Source of the DNA: Azolla caroliniana | Lineage: Eukaryota; Plantae; Polypodiophyta | Direction: 5' to 3' | Length of the DNA: 64,000 nucleotides | Assembly (NCBI GenBank): GCA_043228905.1 | Contig: JBHGNT010000016.1 | Span: 18,042,001-18,106,000 of the forward strand | Shown here: piece after piece, positions 8,594-22,479 of the stretch | Numbering within the stretch: position 1 is the stretch's first letter | Layout: every line of letters begins with the position of its first letter | Position numbers and translations under genes: made by a program | Notes under the pieces: model-generated | Databases searched by the model: none | What the model was told of the DNA's origin: nothing | Seen by the model: the letters and a program-made list of their open reading frames with translations, nothing else

Positions 8594-11449
8594 CTTCCCT
8601 CATATTTTCAGTCTCAATTAAGTCATCCAAGGGTGAAGTTACCCCTTGTTTATAATATGGCTCTGACTCTCGAAAATGCACATCCATGCTCACAAATAAT
8701 CTCTTCTCTACTGGACTCCAGCAAACATAGCCCTTTTGTGTGGCAGAGTATCCCACAAATACACATTTTACAGCTTTAGGATCAAGTTTTCCTACAGATG
8801 GTCTACTGTCCTTTACAAAACACACACATCCAAACACCTTCAAAGGAAGGTTTCCAAAGTTATTGCCTTGCAACAACTCACATGGGGACTTCTACTCCAA
8901 TACTCTAGAGGGCATGTGGCAGCCGTCAAAACTGCCTGTCCCCACAACTACTTTGGGACATTCATAGAAATCATCATGCTTCTTGTTACCTCTAGAAGAT
9001 GTCTATTCTTCCTCTCTGCTACTCCATTTTGTTCTGGTGTATATGGGCATGTAGTTTGATGTTGTATTCCTTTATCTGAGAGATATGCCCTAAATGTCAT
9101 GTTAGCATACTTTGTTCCATTATAAGACCTCAACACTTTTACTACTACACCATATTGAGTTTGAACTTCTCTATGAAAATCTTTAAAACAAGCAAATACT
9201 TCATTCTTTTTCCTCAGGAAATATAACCAAGTCACATGAGAGAAGCATTCAATGAAAGAGACAAAATATATCCATTAATAGAACTTGTGGAACATGGTCC
9301 CCAAACATCGGAGTGTATTACATCAAATGCATGGGAACTCCTATGACCTGAACTAGCATATGAGCTTTTAGTAAGCTTACCAAATTCACATGCATCACAA
9401 ACAAGTTTTGTTTTATCAAGCTTTTCAAAAAGGTGTGGATACACCCAACTCAAAACACCATAAGAGGTATGTCCCATACATTGGTGGTAAAGTATCAACA
9501 ACTCCTCATGACTCATTTTAGATCCCCTTACATATGTTCCCTCTACCATAGATGCTAATGCTAAATCCAGCCCTTCACGATCCAAATACCATAGTCCACT
9601 ATGTCATGTGCTAGTCCCAAGTCTTCGACCTGTCCCTTTCTCCTAGAATATCACCTTGGGAATATCAAAAGAAACAACACAGTTTAGTTGGTGTATGATA
9701 TAACTTATGGATAATAAGTTTACTGGGAAGGAAGGAGCATGCAACACATTAGACAATGTCACAGAGTCGGTACATTTTACTATACCTATACCGACTACAG
9801 GTTGTGTTGTACCGTCAACAATTTGAATGCTTTTTGGCATTGGTAAGTTAGTATACGAGGATAATTCACTAGTATTACTTGTTACATGCCTAGATGCACC
9901 AGAATCAATTATCCATTCTGGTGTAGAGGCAAGAGTATTTGTGTTGCTAGTACTTGTGGTTGAATAAGCATAGGTGGCAATGTTACATCTTGACATGAAT
10001 GAAGTATCATTTGCGGCTCTTTGCTTCCTCCTAAGTATTTCTAAGAGAGCTTGATCCTCTTCGGTGAACACCACCTTAGTTCCTTCCTCTTCTTTTGTTA
10101 CCATCAAGTTTACTTGGTGACCTCCTCTTGCACCTCTTTGGCCCCCTCAACCACGACCTCTAGTTTGTCCACGTCCTCCATATTCTCTCTCCTTCGATGG
10201 TTTAGGGCAAGCATTCTTTAAATGACCAGCTTCACCACAATTGTAGCATTTTCGATTTTCACTTCCGCTTGAATTTGACACCATTAGTGTTGATCGTACC
10301 CCTGGAAGTCCAGTAGTGTCAGAGAGCGGCTTCATTCTACTCTCCTCTTGTATCATAGTCGTAATTGCCTCATCAGGTGTCGGAATTTCAGCCTTGGCTA
10401 GAAGAATTGTCCTTCTTTGATCAAACGATGGGTTGAGATGTTTCAAAAATTGCATGGTTCTTCTTTGAGCAGAAATTTCCTTGCTCTTACATTGAGGATC
10501 ATTGCACATTGTCACAAGCGAGAAATGATCGTATTCTGCCCATAGACGCTCCAACTCTATGGCATATTCCTTAATCATCCTATCTTCCTGCCAAATAGCA
10601 TCTATCTCTTGCTCGATTTGAAATACTCTCATGTTGTTTCCCCTCCTAGCATACGTCTTTTGCAATTTCTCCCATATCGCCTTCACACTTAAAATTCCAT
10701 CAACTGTTGTGGCCATTGATGGAATCATGGAGTTGAGAAGCCACGTGTACAAAGACATGTGGGTAGCTCTCCATGCTTTCCATTCATTGATCGTTATGAC
10801 AAGATGTTCTTTCTCTTCTCCCGTTAGGTAGCCGTCAAGGCTTCTCTCTGCCAAGGCACCTATAATCTAACACGAACAGCTCAAGTATGTGGTTGGTCCA
10901 TCGAGTTTGAACTCAACTGGGAGGAGTTCAAGTTGGGGTGGTGGTTGTGTTCTTGTCACACCTCTAGATGCTACTATCTTAGCTTGCTTCATGTATTTCA
11001 CCAATGTTTTCACCTCATCCTCGTTCAATTTTGAGAACACCTCACCCATCTTCTCAACTTGGTCTATCTCTGCTCTCCTCTTCTGACTTCTTTTCTCAAG
11101 TTACCTCTCAATCACATAGCAATGTCAACCCAAATGGGAAAAAAATCCCCCTTTCCTCTCTTGGATGCTAGGACAGTGTTGTTCCAATCGATGTCATACC
11201 AACAGAAAGGTGGATGTAGGGTTTTTGCAGAGGGGCGGATCTATGCTCTGATACCATAAAGAAAAATGAGAAGGCACATATGTTTAGTAATATACATTGG
11301 TATGTCACAACTGAAGGGAGAAAATACAGAGATCGCTTATTTTTACATGAGGAGAAAGTTCCTCTTTATAAAGGCCAAGATATGGCCATTGGGCTAACTA
11401 GCTGTTGGAAATAACTAGTCGTTGGGCTATCCGTTATAACTTTTAAACA
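8594..11449 (-). mobile_element. Copia element A, 5' part: short 5' LTR (~11257-11449), Met-i PBS (11245-11256), gag, zinc knuckle, protease, integrase
   Basis: CYNCGEAGHLKNAC, WIIDSGAS, IHSDVWGP, PEQNGVAERKNRH; GCTCTGATACCA on the plus strand; stops and frameshifts present. Confidence 0.9.
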
Positions 11450-12509
11450 TTCTCAATAGATATCTTCTCTTCCTAGTGCTCACAAAGAAGTTTTCATCAT
11501 AGGAGAGCTCAAACGATATGTCATGTCATTAGAGAAAATACAGAAAAGTGAGTCATCAAACTAAGAAAAAAGTTCTATTACCATCTTTGAGCAAGAGGAT
11601 ATCCCTCTGGCTTTCTCATAAGATGTTTTCACAAAGTTTCCTACTCATCATGGATACCACTACTCACTATGCCCTCACCACACAATGGGGCTAGTCCAAA
11701 TGTATGCAAATTTATGTATTCACCTTGTATCAAAAAACTCCAAATAGGGTGTTTCATTAGATACAAGCTCAAATCTCTACTCCAACAAGTCCCCCTACTC
11801 CTTCCTCACCCCACCACTTACATGTTGGGACCATTGGGAAAAGGCAAAAAAACCATCTAGTACACTATGAAAACTAGTACTCTCCCACTTTTGGTCCATC
11901 TTATGTTAATCCCACATATGACTATTTTTTCACCCCCCTTTCTCTTCTTCCTATATATAAGCACCTTATAACCACTCCTTTAATTGTACCTTGGCATTGA
12001 GGAGCCTCCCTATGAGGCAAAATATATTTTCCCTTGCATAAGTCACAAGCATTTTTTTTAACATTTTGTTAATCAACATGACATTTGTTTAATTAATAAG
12101 ATTCTAACTTTCTATCCTTTGTTGTGTTAATTAGTTTTTTCTCCATTCTCATTTGCATTAGGTTATCTTTTCCAATTCCTTTTATAGTCTAATGATTAGG
12201 GACTAATTCCCACTATCCTAAACCCTAACCCTAATATGTATAATGAGAGCTTTACCTCACAAATCAGCAATATTTAAGAGATTCCATAATGAAAGGGGAA
12301 GGTAGTTCCCTTTATATGTATAGCCAAACTCCTTAGGCACTTGAATAGCAATGTGTTCCCACTTTTCTATTGCCATGTCCCATGGTTCCGCACTTATCCT
12401 ACCCTTAAACAAATTAAAATTAATCTTTAGAGTTTGTCTCTTAGGTTATGCCCATAGCACCATTAGAGCACCCGAGGTTATTTAATGAAAAATATATTAT
12501 TTATATGAG

Positions 12510-13030
12510 AATATTATGCAAGGAGAATATGGGCAAAGGCCGATAGTCAAACACATAGCCAGACATCAAAGCCGAAAGCCTGAGCCGGATACTAACGCAA
12601 ACAGACACAAGTGAAGGCCAAAGCCGACTGCCAACACTGAAAGTTGAGCTTGAGGCAGGTTGAGAATCAAACTCAACTTACCCTAGGGTGTGAACACAGC
12701 TTAAGATTAGGCAAGTGTGTGAACACACCACCACTCTGTAACAATAACTAATGTACAGTCATAGAACATAACTTCTATGACACATAGTTAAAGAGTTAGT
12801 TAAGGTTTTCCCCCTTTCCCGAGAGGGCATTTTAGTGAGAGAGTGTAGACAGAGGGTGACTTTATAAACACCCTCCTCTTTCCCTTTATAACTGTTGGTT
12901 GTCATTCTTGTTCTTGTGAATACATAGTTTTAGTTTTCTATTTTTCCTATCTTGTGACTCTCTTCTCGCCCACACACACACATCTCTAATCTATTTCCAC
13001 ACAACATAATCGTACACTAGATTATTTACA
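12510..13030 (+). mobile_element. 3' remnant (degenerate PPT plus LTR ~12659-13030) of a Copia related to B
   Basis: GAGCTTGAGGCAGG then TTGAGAATCAAACTCAAC...ATTATTTACA, resembling the B LTR. Confidence 0.7.
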
Positions 13031-13059
13031 ATAGGCACCAAGAAGAATGTCAAAAACTA

Positions 13060-13660
13060 TATAGAGCACCATTTGAGCGAAATAGAGATTCCCACTATCA
13101 CCCTTCTTATTGCCATTTTACATAGACGAACCCTCAAAATATAGTGTAGGAAGAGGGGGTAGTAGATCTAGACTTGTGGGAGCGATGATCTTCGATACTA
13201 CTTTATGCCAATGTTGTTGTGATTTCCTAACACTTTGGAGGGTCTCAAAAGCACATAGATGCTCTCAATACCATTTTGCAATGCTAGGTAGATAGATAGA
13301 GATCTCATAGTGAATCTTGGGAAAACTAAATTGATGGTGGTGCGCATCATCGGTTTATGATTTGGAGGGGCACTTGTGGAATGTTTTTAATAATACGTCT
13401 ACTTAAAGGAGCACCCATGGATTGTGGAGTCATCCCCATGATAGTACACACAAATGTCTTAAGTAGATACTGTTGTTTGTTTTGAGAGGTGTTTCCACCG
13501 CTGTACCATGTCATGCAATTCAAGAACCAAATGTGTTTGGGATTCTATTCTCAAAGAAGTTTAGGTTAACATACAAAATATAATGCAAGATTGAGTGTTG
13601 TCATATTGATTTGAAAAATGTAAATCCATTGACTTCATGTATCACAAGCACCCAACCCAC
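13060..13660 (+). mobile_element. Highly degraded LINE RT fragment
   Basis: PLSP(F)LL(PF)YIDE resembles PLSPTLFGIYIDE of the LINE at 20.7 kb; downstream KTK-L and YVYL remnants. Confidence 0.5.
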
Positions 13661-14262
13661 TTAAGTCCAAATAGAGAGAGTACACATGGGGCAAACGAGC
13701 TCATCTAAAAGGATCAGTTCGGAGATATCTGTAAGAAGTAAAGACTAGAAGACACCCAACACCACTCAAAAGGAGAATGAGACACCCACTCCACAAAGAG
13801 ATAAGAGCCATCATTGTGAAGCATGAAATGTTTGAGTAGTTAGGACGCCTCAAACACAATAATACTATCAAGATGAGGCATGTCATGGGGGATTGGATGG
13901 GCCAACATGACTTCTTTATCTTTATTTAGGGTTTGTTAATTCTCATTCTCTGACTTCTTTATCTTTATCTTTATTTAGGGTTTGCCAACATGACTCAAAT
14001 AAGTGAATAGTTTTGGTCTCATAAAACATATTGGCCTCTATTGAGATGTTAATACACTTCGTCGTCTTCTTATTCTCAAACACTAACATTTTGTTGAATA
14101 TTGGATTTGATTTACTTGAGAGTTTAACTACATTTTCCGTTGACATACACATAGGCCAAAGTATTTAATGAACTCTAGTTTGGTTTCTATTAAAATTATT
14201 TATCTTGGACTAAGTCTTAGTCTCAAACACAATGTATTCCTTTCCGGAATACTATCCAAAGG

Positions 14263-14680
14263 TGTGGTGGGAGGAATGGAATTATATGCACATATGTTCA
14301 TGAATTATCCGGCTACATTCTCCGGTACATATACACAATATCTGGTTATCCGACACACTATCCGGATATGAATTAACACTCGCAAGATCAGAACATAAAA
14401 GTGCAAAAGGCAAATACACAAGATATCGCAACAAAAACTTATATTACTCGCTCTTAATCAAAACAATCCGGACTCCTTATATATAGGTAGCCAATTCTGA
14501 TACAAAACGGTGTTTATCCGTATCCGACACCTCATAATATTTTTTCTTTTTATCTATTTTATTACAACGTTTTGCATTTTCTTTATTTCCTATAATATCT
14601 TTTCGGTTTCTCCTTTATCCGGTTCACACTACTTCCGGATTCCTATTCTCTGTCATTTCACTCCTCCAACTCCGATCACA
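14263..14680. repeat. Possible old solo LTR
   Basis: TGTG...CACA ends with imperfect inverted termini, TATA-like CCTTATATATAGG and recurring ATCCGG motifs; no TSD found. Confidence 0.3.
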
Positions 14681-15654
14681 GCTTCATTGGGCAACAAAAA
14701 ACACACACATTATCATTGAATCATTGGTTGTTTTTTGTCGAGAGGATATTGGTAACAATAGTCCTCTATGCTTACAAAGATTATCTATGAATCATGATAT
14801 ATATGAATATGTAGAAGTACATTATTCGATATCCTTGAAACTTGAAAGAAAGATGAAGGATCATGAATTTCCCTAAAAGACAAAAAGCCATGGGCACATA
14901 TTATTGAGTCTTTTAAATACATTAAAGAAGATAAATTACTTGTGGACGTACCACCAAGGTTAGTACAAGTGGACATTAAACTTTCCCTTCACAATATCAT
15001 GAATTGCTTCATCTTCCTCTTCTTTATCCACATTGGAAAAGGCATGTATGTGGTTGATTATGCAATGCATTTCTTCCTTAGAGAACTCATTAATTCAACC
15101 TTCAGCATGTAAAGTTTGTTAAGTGGTTTATCATGCATCATCATATCATGACTAGAAACTGACAGATACCACACTTGCTCAAACCATAGAAATGTGTTAG
15201 ATATCTAAATCTCAATGCTTCTTGTAAAGACATATAAATGTTGATTTCACTTTAACTCCAATGGCGATTATTATTAAGGTTACACTTGCTTATGATATTG
15301 TTCGTGCAATGTTGTTGAATCATGTTTTGGCCAAACAAAAGTATCGAAATAGCTTATTCATGGTTCCCATAAAATTTTCTTTCCAACCCCTCTTACTTCA
15401 ACCGATTCTTGGTTAATTTTAAAAACTTCATGTTTGAAGGACTAATTTGAACTACGTTATTGTTCAACTCCATTTTGCCTAATTCCTTAGGAAACTAATT
15501 TAGTGGTATGTTTATATCGTTTATAAATCTATTGGTTTATTCTTATGTAACACATTTATTATACCTTACTCACATTTATGTTTTGGTGAGCTTGAGTCAT
15601 TAAAATACTTGTTAGATGTAACCAACCTAAATTGTAACATTTGAATCTCTCGTA

Positions 15655-16046
<392 letters not shown>

Positions 16047-16448
16047 TTTGAGAAAACATTTCCGTGGCTAAATGGGAAGTTGTTTTAAATGTCCTTCGAG
16101 GTTAGTATGCATTCATGTATAGACAATGATGGAATTTGTAGGTGATATGGATGTAATTCACTTCTAGGGGTCATTGCGCCTTTCCTTGACCTTTAACAAC
16201 ACTTTCTTCCTTTATACTAGCTTGTCATTATTGTGGCTATACCTAACCATTCATACAAAGTTTTGCACCTTCATGCATTACCAAAGGTTTTTATTTTTCA
16301 TACCTACTCACAACTACCCCGAAGCTGGAAATTTTGGTAAATTTTCTTATAATGAATATAAACACTTTTACATTGCCTAAACAAGGCCCAAATTTTGTTA
16401 CAAAGAACAATTTTTCTCTCACAAAGTTTTACGTTAAATTGACTTCGA

Positions 16449-16548
16449 NNNNNNNNNNNNNNNNNNNNNNNNNNNNNNNNNNNNNNNNNNNNNNNNNNNN
16501 NNNNNNNNNNNNNNNNNNNNNNNNNNNNNNNNNNNNNNNNNNNNNNNN
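16449..16548. other. Scaffold gap (100 N) flanked by a ~420-bp direct duplication
   Basis: ~16027-16448 is repeated at ~16550-16971 (offset 523). Confidence 0.95.
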
Positions 16549-19036
16549 AAGAGAGAGAGAGAGATTTAATTTGAGAAAACATTTCCGTGGCTAAATGGGA
16601 AGTTGTTTTAAATGTCCTTCGAGGTTAGTATGCATTCATGTATAGACAATGATGGAATTTGTAGGTGATATGGATGTAATTCACTTCTAGGGGTCATTGC
16701 GCCTTTCCTTGACCTTTAACAACACTTTCTTCCTTTATACTAGCTTGTCATTATTGTGGCTATACCTAACCATTCATACAAAGTTTTGCACCTTCATGCA
16801 TTACCAAAGGTTTTTATTTTTCATACCTACTCACAACTACCCCGAAGCTGGAAATTTTGGTAAATTTTCTTATAATGAATATAAACACTTTTACATTGCC
16901 TAAACAAGGCCCAAATTTTGTTACAAAGAACAATTTTTCTCTCACAAAGTTTTACGTTAAATTGACTTCGAATTCACGATGTTAGCTATAGTGCAAACTA
17001 ATAATAAAAAATATACATCACTTACTATTATACAAGTTAATGAGTCTACGTTGCTTGTTTATCTCTTTTGGGTGTATTTTCATAAGCTAAGTTGTTAGGA
17101 ATTATGTTTTTGACATATTTATGTATCGTGAGAACCCCTTGTCAAGAGTTGATCTAATATTCACTAAAATATTCTTGGGGTATGATTCCTTTGATCTATG
17201 TATTGTAGTCCTTACCATTCTTTTGTGGACAACATGATGTTGGATTAGGAAAGAATATGAGACCAATATTCAAATGTTTCACAAAATATTTTGTTGTTGA
17301 TGTCCCTTGCATTGGATATGTAGGGATTGACCCAGTGGGAGCTCACCTTGACATCGGCGCTCTGACTTATGGAAAAGAGACCAATTTTGGCTTCTCCAAC
17401 CAACAAAGACGTCTAGGAAGAATACAAGATAAATACATTTGCAAGATCGGCATTGATGGCATATGGAATTTGAGGAAGAATACTTTTCTACACATTGTCG
17501 CCTACTAAAAAAATATCGACATTGATAATCACCATGTCTATGATGTTGTGCAAAGGTGTATGTAATTTTGCTCTAGGAACAATACAAAAAAAACACATGT
17601 ACGTCTTAGATGTTGAGATTAAATCACATATATCCAATGTCAATACATGTCATTATTGCATTGACATGTTTGAGTAATCTATACATTTATATTTGGAACT
17701 AAAATTATAGTTTGGGCAATGAAGATCGTTGACAAAGGCACAATGTCATTCACCTTGCCTCCCCAGAGTTAAGGTAATATCGTCTCTATACTTTAGTCTT
17801 AAAGCAAGGTTTAAGATCTCAAGGCCAAAATCCAATACATGATTTTTCTCCCAACTCATTAACCACTTCATTGCTAGGGCATGGACTTTATCATGCAAAG
17901 GAATCTTTTAAATGAATGAATTGAAGATCTAGGGGAAGCTTTATGAAATATTGTACATTTTATCTAGGATTTGGATTAAAAAGAACAATGTACCCATTAT
18001 CAACTTGATTTCATTGTAGTTTATAATTGTTGTGAGTATGTTTGATAACGTATTGAATTGCGTGATCATGAAACACAAGGCTTTTTCCTCATGCTTAGTT
18101 CATTAAAGAATGCAACCTAAGTTTAAAAAGAGAAAAAAGGAAAATCAATTTTACTTTTATCCACACTTACCAACATGATAAGTTAACATAAATGAAAGTC
18201 AAGTAACTAATTAATCATTGATACTTTTATAGCCAAACATGTCAAATATAATTATGCAAAGTTTGTGCCATCAAAATTTTGGCCCTCCAATTTTGCCTCC
18301 CTAGATCTTGAAGTCCTTGAGGAAGCTTCCTATGTGGGATGAGACATTTGTCGCCAATTGCGGCTAAGCATATCAAAGAATACTATTACTGGACTAACAT
18401 ATCTAAGATACACATGGTTAAGTCTACTAAACTACTAGTTCTTGTTATAATTCATAAAGTCATTCTGATTTAAACTCGTCTTTCTCTAACTAATCAAGGG
18501 TTTTTAGCTAATCTTAATTCACTTAATAAGCTAAACGTCATGTTAATGCTGTGACCACCACCTCTTCGTTCCAAAATTTCTCTAAAACCATAATGGTTCT
18601 GCCTTGAGACACACATATCCCACATGTTAACCCGACACTTTGATGTATATGATTTCTATGGCATGGTTCAAACTTCTACATAGGGTAGTTTGTCCCATCA
18701 CGAGAGAAAATTTGTGTTTTAGTAGGTGAAATAGGTCAAAATAATTGTTGTGGATGACAAGAGCAATTAACATCATGATAGCATGGAATCACAAGCAGAA
18801 TGTGAGAATTGATTAAGAGTATGAGAGAGAAGAAAGAAAGAAAGAAAGATATATTAACGTCTTCTAAGGCCAAAATTGGCCCATGAGACAAATGGTTTAC
18901 AACAAAAAATGGGATATTTACCCATTCATTGAAAGTAAAAAATAAAAATAAGATAAAAATAGAGTTTAAGCTAAATAGTTCTAGTAAAATAACAAGCATG
19001 TTCTATATAAAAAACATGTTCTACAATGAAAATGAT

Positions 19037-22000
19037 GTTATATTAGGCCTAATTTCATTTCAATCCAAATCTCTCTAAGAGAAGCGGGAGGTCAAAGGAT
19101 TGCGATGTGGATGTGGCCCGTGGTCCCAATGTAAAAGGTACCCCAACCATAGCTTTTGGTCGACGTAGCTCACGTTCCCTTATCTTCTTAATCTTTTCTA
19201 CTCCACGTTGACTTGTTTTGAAGCCCAACATCCGAGGGCATTTGGTTGTTCTTTGCATTTCTGCTTCCTCAAGAGAGAGTCCGAGCGGCGTAAGTGTATC
19301 CACATTCATCGTCTCCCATTGTTCCTGAAAAATTACACTAGTTACATGTTGATGAATAGTAAAAGGGTTATGGTTAACACTTTGTAATTTATTCTCCCTA
19401 TGTTGTTTTACCTCTAAGATATACCTACATAGTCTCTTTACACTCGGGGTATCTAATAGTTTGGAGAGGGTAGGAGGGGGTCCTAATATGTCTTGGTATT
19501 CAGCCCATATCTCGGCATAAGTTGAGCACTTGCATGTGAAGTGATACTCATCTCTATCTCTCTGTGGCATAACCTACATAGCCTTTCCTCTCTAGGGACT
19601 CTATTAGCCCGACCATTCTCAATCTCAAGTTGATGAGATGATATCCTAAGTTGTCCAATGGCCACCCTTAGTGCATTTTGATAAGAATGTATCTAGATAT
19701 CTTGGTCGTGTAATAAAACCTAACTTAGAGAAGTGCAAGAACTGTTCCTTATAGTACAACATTTTAGATGGGAGTGGCTCTCGTGGGGTGATCCATTTAT
19801 ATCGAGTGTAAATTTGCCATATTTCTTGGCGTATCACTTTATTATGGTCTTCATGAGAGATTAGGGTTTGATCAATCCCATGGTTGTACTTATGGGGAGG
19901 TATGTTATTAATGTCTATGCCGTTTGCAGTAACCAACTCACCACGGTGCTATACCAAGAGCTAGTGTCTCCAGATGCATGTAGGGATCGGGATGCCTCAA
20001 AGGCTCGACGAGATATCCTATCTTGTAGTTGGCTATGTATCCGATGAATAAAAACTACCACTTGAAAGAGTGCTTCTACTAACATTGGGGGTAGACTGAA
20101 CTTTGCTCTATTAATGTCATGTGGTACTGTCGATTTGCTTCGGAGTCGACATGATAACATCGTCACCAAAGGTCTCTCTAATTGCGTCCACATGAAATAT
20201 GGTAGACTTAAAGCCCATACTACTAATGCATACATGAGGGAAGGGGTCACTAATGAGTCGAAGAGCCATCCCTTAGTCCATGGCTCTTGAAAGTATGCCT
20301 AGTGGCATTGTCTCTCTAAGAGTGAGAGGGATGCATACCCTCGCGTTAGCCTATCTTTGATTGCTCGAGTCATTGAGAATTTACTTGAGCGAGCACTAAA
20401 AGTGACTCCATATGATCCCACTACCTCAACTAGTTTATGAGAGAGGATTAGGTGACATTTACTCCTAACTCGGGATGATGTATGAAAGATAAGGACTTTA
20501 GTTTTCGCTAGATTCGCTACTAGTCCTCGTTGTGTACAAAAGTCATCTAGGGCATTAAGATGCTTTTGTAGGTCGTGTTCCGACTTCGAGAGCAAGACAA
20601 TGTCGTCTGCGTAGAGTAAGAGACTAACTTGTGTATCCCCAATAGGTATGAGTCCCTTGCCTCCCTTACAAGCAATAAAATCAGTGATCTCATCAATGTA
20701 GATCCCAAAAAGAGTTGGTGATAGGGGGCAACCCTGTTTTACACCAATGGTGTTGGTGAAACAATCAGATAGGTTACTCGGGCATCTTACGCACCCAGAG
20801 ACTTGCTCATATAGGGCATAAATGGCCCAGATCATGTAATTTGGTATCTCCAAGCTCTTAAGTCTATCAAACAACCTCCCCTTGGGAACTGTGTCAAAGG
20901 TTTTACAGAAGTCCACAAAGCAACAATATAGTTTCTTCTTACGAGCCTTTGTCTGGTCAATTAAGCACCTAAGTGTGAAGATATGGTCAATAGTGGAGAA
21001 GGCTCGTCTAAAACCAGCTTGTTCAGGTGCTCGAAGACTTAATGTTTCCATATAATCGCTGAGCTCCGCTTCCATTACAACACCATATAGTTTAGCGAGC
21101 GTATGACCTATCATAATGGTCCTATATGTATTTGGGTCCATTGGGTCCCCTCCTTTATGTATAGGGGCCACTGTGTTCATGGCCCATTGTGGTGGAAAAC
21201 CCTCAGCGAGGGCGCGGTTGAAGATTAGAGTGAGAAAGGGGGCTATGCACTCTCGAGCATATAAGATGTGCTCAGCTCGCAATCCTGTGTGGTCCATGGA
21301 TTTCCTATATTGTAATTTTTTTATGGCCTTCGTGACCCTAGAGGTCGTGAAAAATGTCCCCATGGTAGGTCGAGGTGTGGAAGGCATTGGAATGGGTTGT
21401 TGGTTCAGGACATGGTAGAGTCACTCGCTATATGTGTGCCAAATATTGGGATCCTCGATGGGTGCTTGTGGTCACGGTTCCCGTAGTCTCTTCCATGCAA
21501 GGGCGCAATCCCTACTCATGAGCATATGGTAGAGTTCTCAATATTGAGATGCTTCGCAAACTCGTCTTTTACGATGTGTCACCTTGCGCATCTCTTTGCG
21601 AGCCTATACTGAGGAAATAGTACCACTAAGTCGCGACAGTTTAAGTTGTCTATACAACTCTCTACAATCCCCATCATACCACTTGTTCTGTGGCATAGAC
21701 TCTATTCTACTATGATTGGAGTCTTTTGCGTATGGGAAGCTACTAATTGTTGTTGAGTGAAGGATGTGTGTGAGTTTTGTAGTGAGGGTCTCTAAGGCAA
21801 GGAAGACTCAAGAAAGGAGAGATGGGCTTGAACATGTCGAGAGTAGATGTCAGGGAGCTCATGCGTGAAATGTATTATGGTGTGATGGGTTGGTTGACTA
21901 GAGTTGGTGGCGTGGGAGGTGTCACGACTCACATTTTAGCTCAAAGTATAGGAAGTTATGGTCTGCACCAATGGGGCATGGTACGGGATTCTAAGGGTCT

Positions 22001-22140
22001 AGGTCATACTATTACTTTGATGTTAATTCCGACAATGGGTCGTGTAACTATATTCATTACATACTCGTATTACATATAGTTTTGGGTCTATTTCTTGTGT
22101 TGGTATTATGTGATTGTTGTCCCTTATGCAATTGATGTGG
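19037..22140 (-). mobile_element. Non-LTR retrotransposon (LINE, RTEX-like) ORF2, degenerate
   Basis: RT motifs QAGFR, FVDF.K.FD, GVKQGCPLSP, LLYADD (20299-21387). C-terminal LRISSHQLEIENGR...ERLCRLC...EYHF..C motif. Frameshifted. Confidence 0.88.
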
Positions 22141-22159
22141 TGAAACATTCTCTGTGTAC

Positions 22160-22333
22160 TAGCAAAAGGAAGAGACCTTCCTTACGTAACATATTTGAAA
22201 TCCTGTTTTCCGGTATCGCCCTGACCACCACGTACCACAACTCTTGGTCCGATTTCGGCTAGGAAATCGAAGGTGTCGCCTCTGGGAAGGAAGGCAACAC
22301 AATTTGGCACGCCTGGTGGGACTCGAACCCACG
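22160..22333 (+). mobile_element. Orphan LTR U5 end plus extended tRNA-Arg PBS (Tat/Ogre-like)
   Basis: ...GGCAACA CAATT TGGCACGCCTGGTGGGACTCGAACCCAC; no gag follows. Confidence 0.65.
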
Positions 22334-22479
22334 TTTAACTATTTACACAAATAACCTTTACAACATATATATGTCCATTATCATGTAACCATTACAGTTT
22401 AACACTCCCTCGTAATCAGCATATAAAGTGTAGTTGAGTCAACTAATCCTTGTTAGAATAAACTTCAAACCCATTTGAG

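Noticed and set aside
11460-12240. LTR-like stretch with a TATA box and AACCCTAACCCTAA
   Set aside because: No clear termini, TSD or second copy; two telomere-like units are too few to call.
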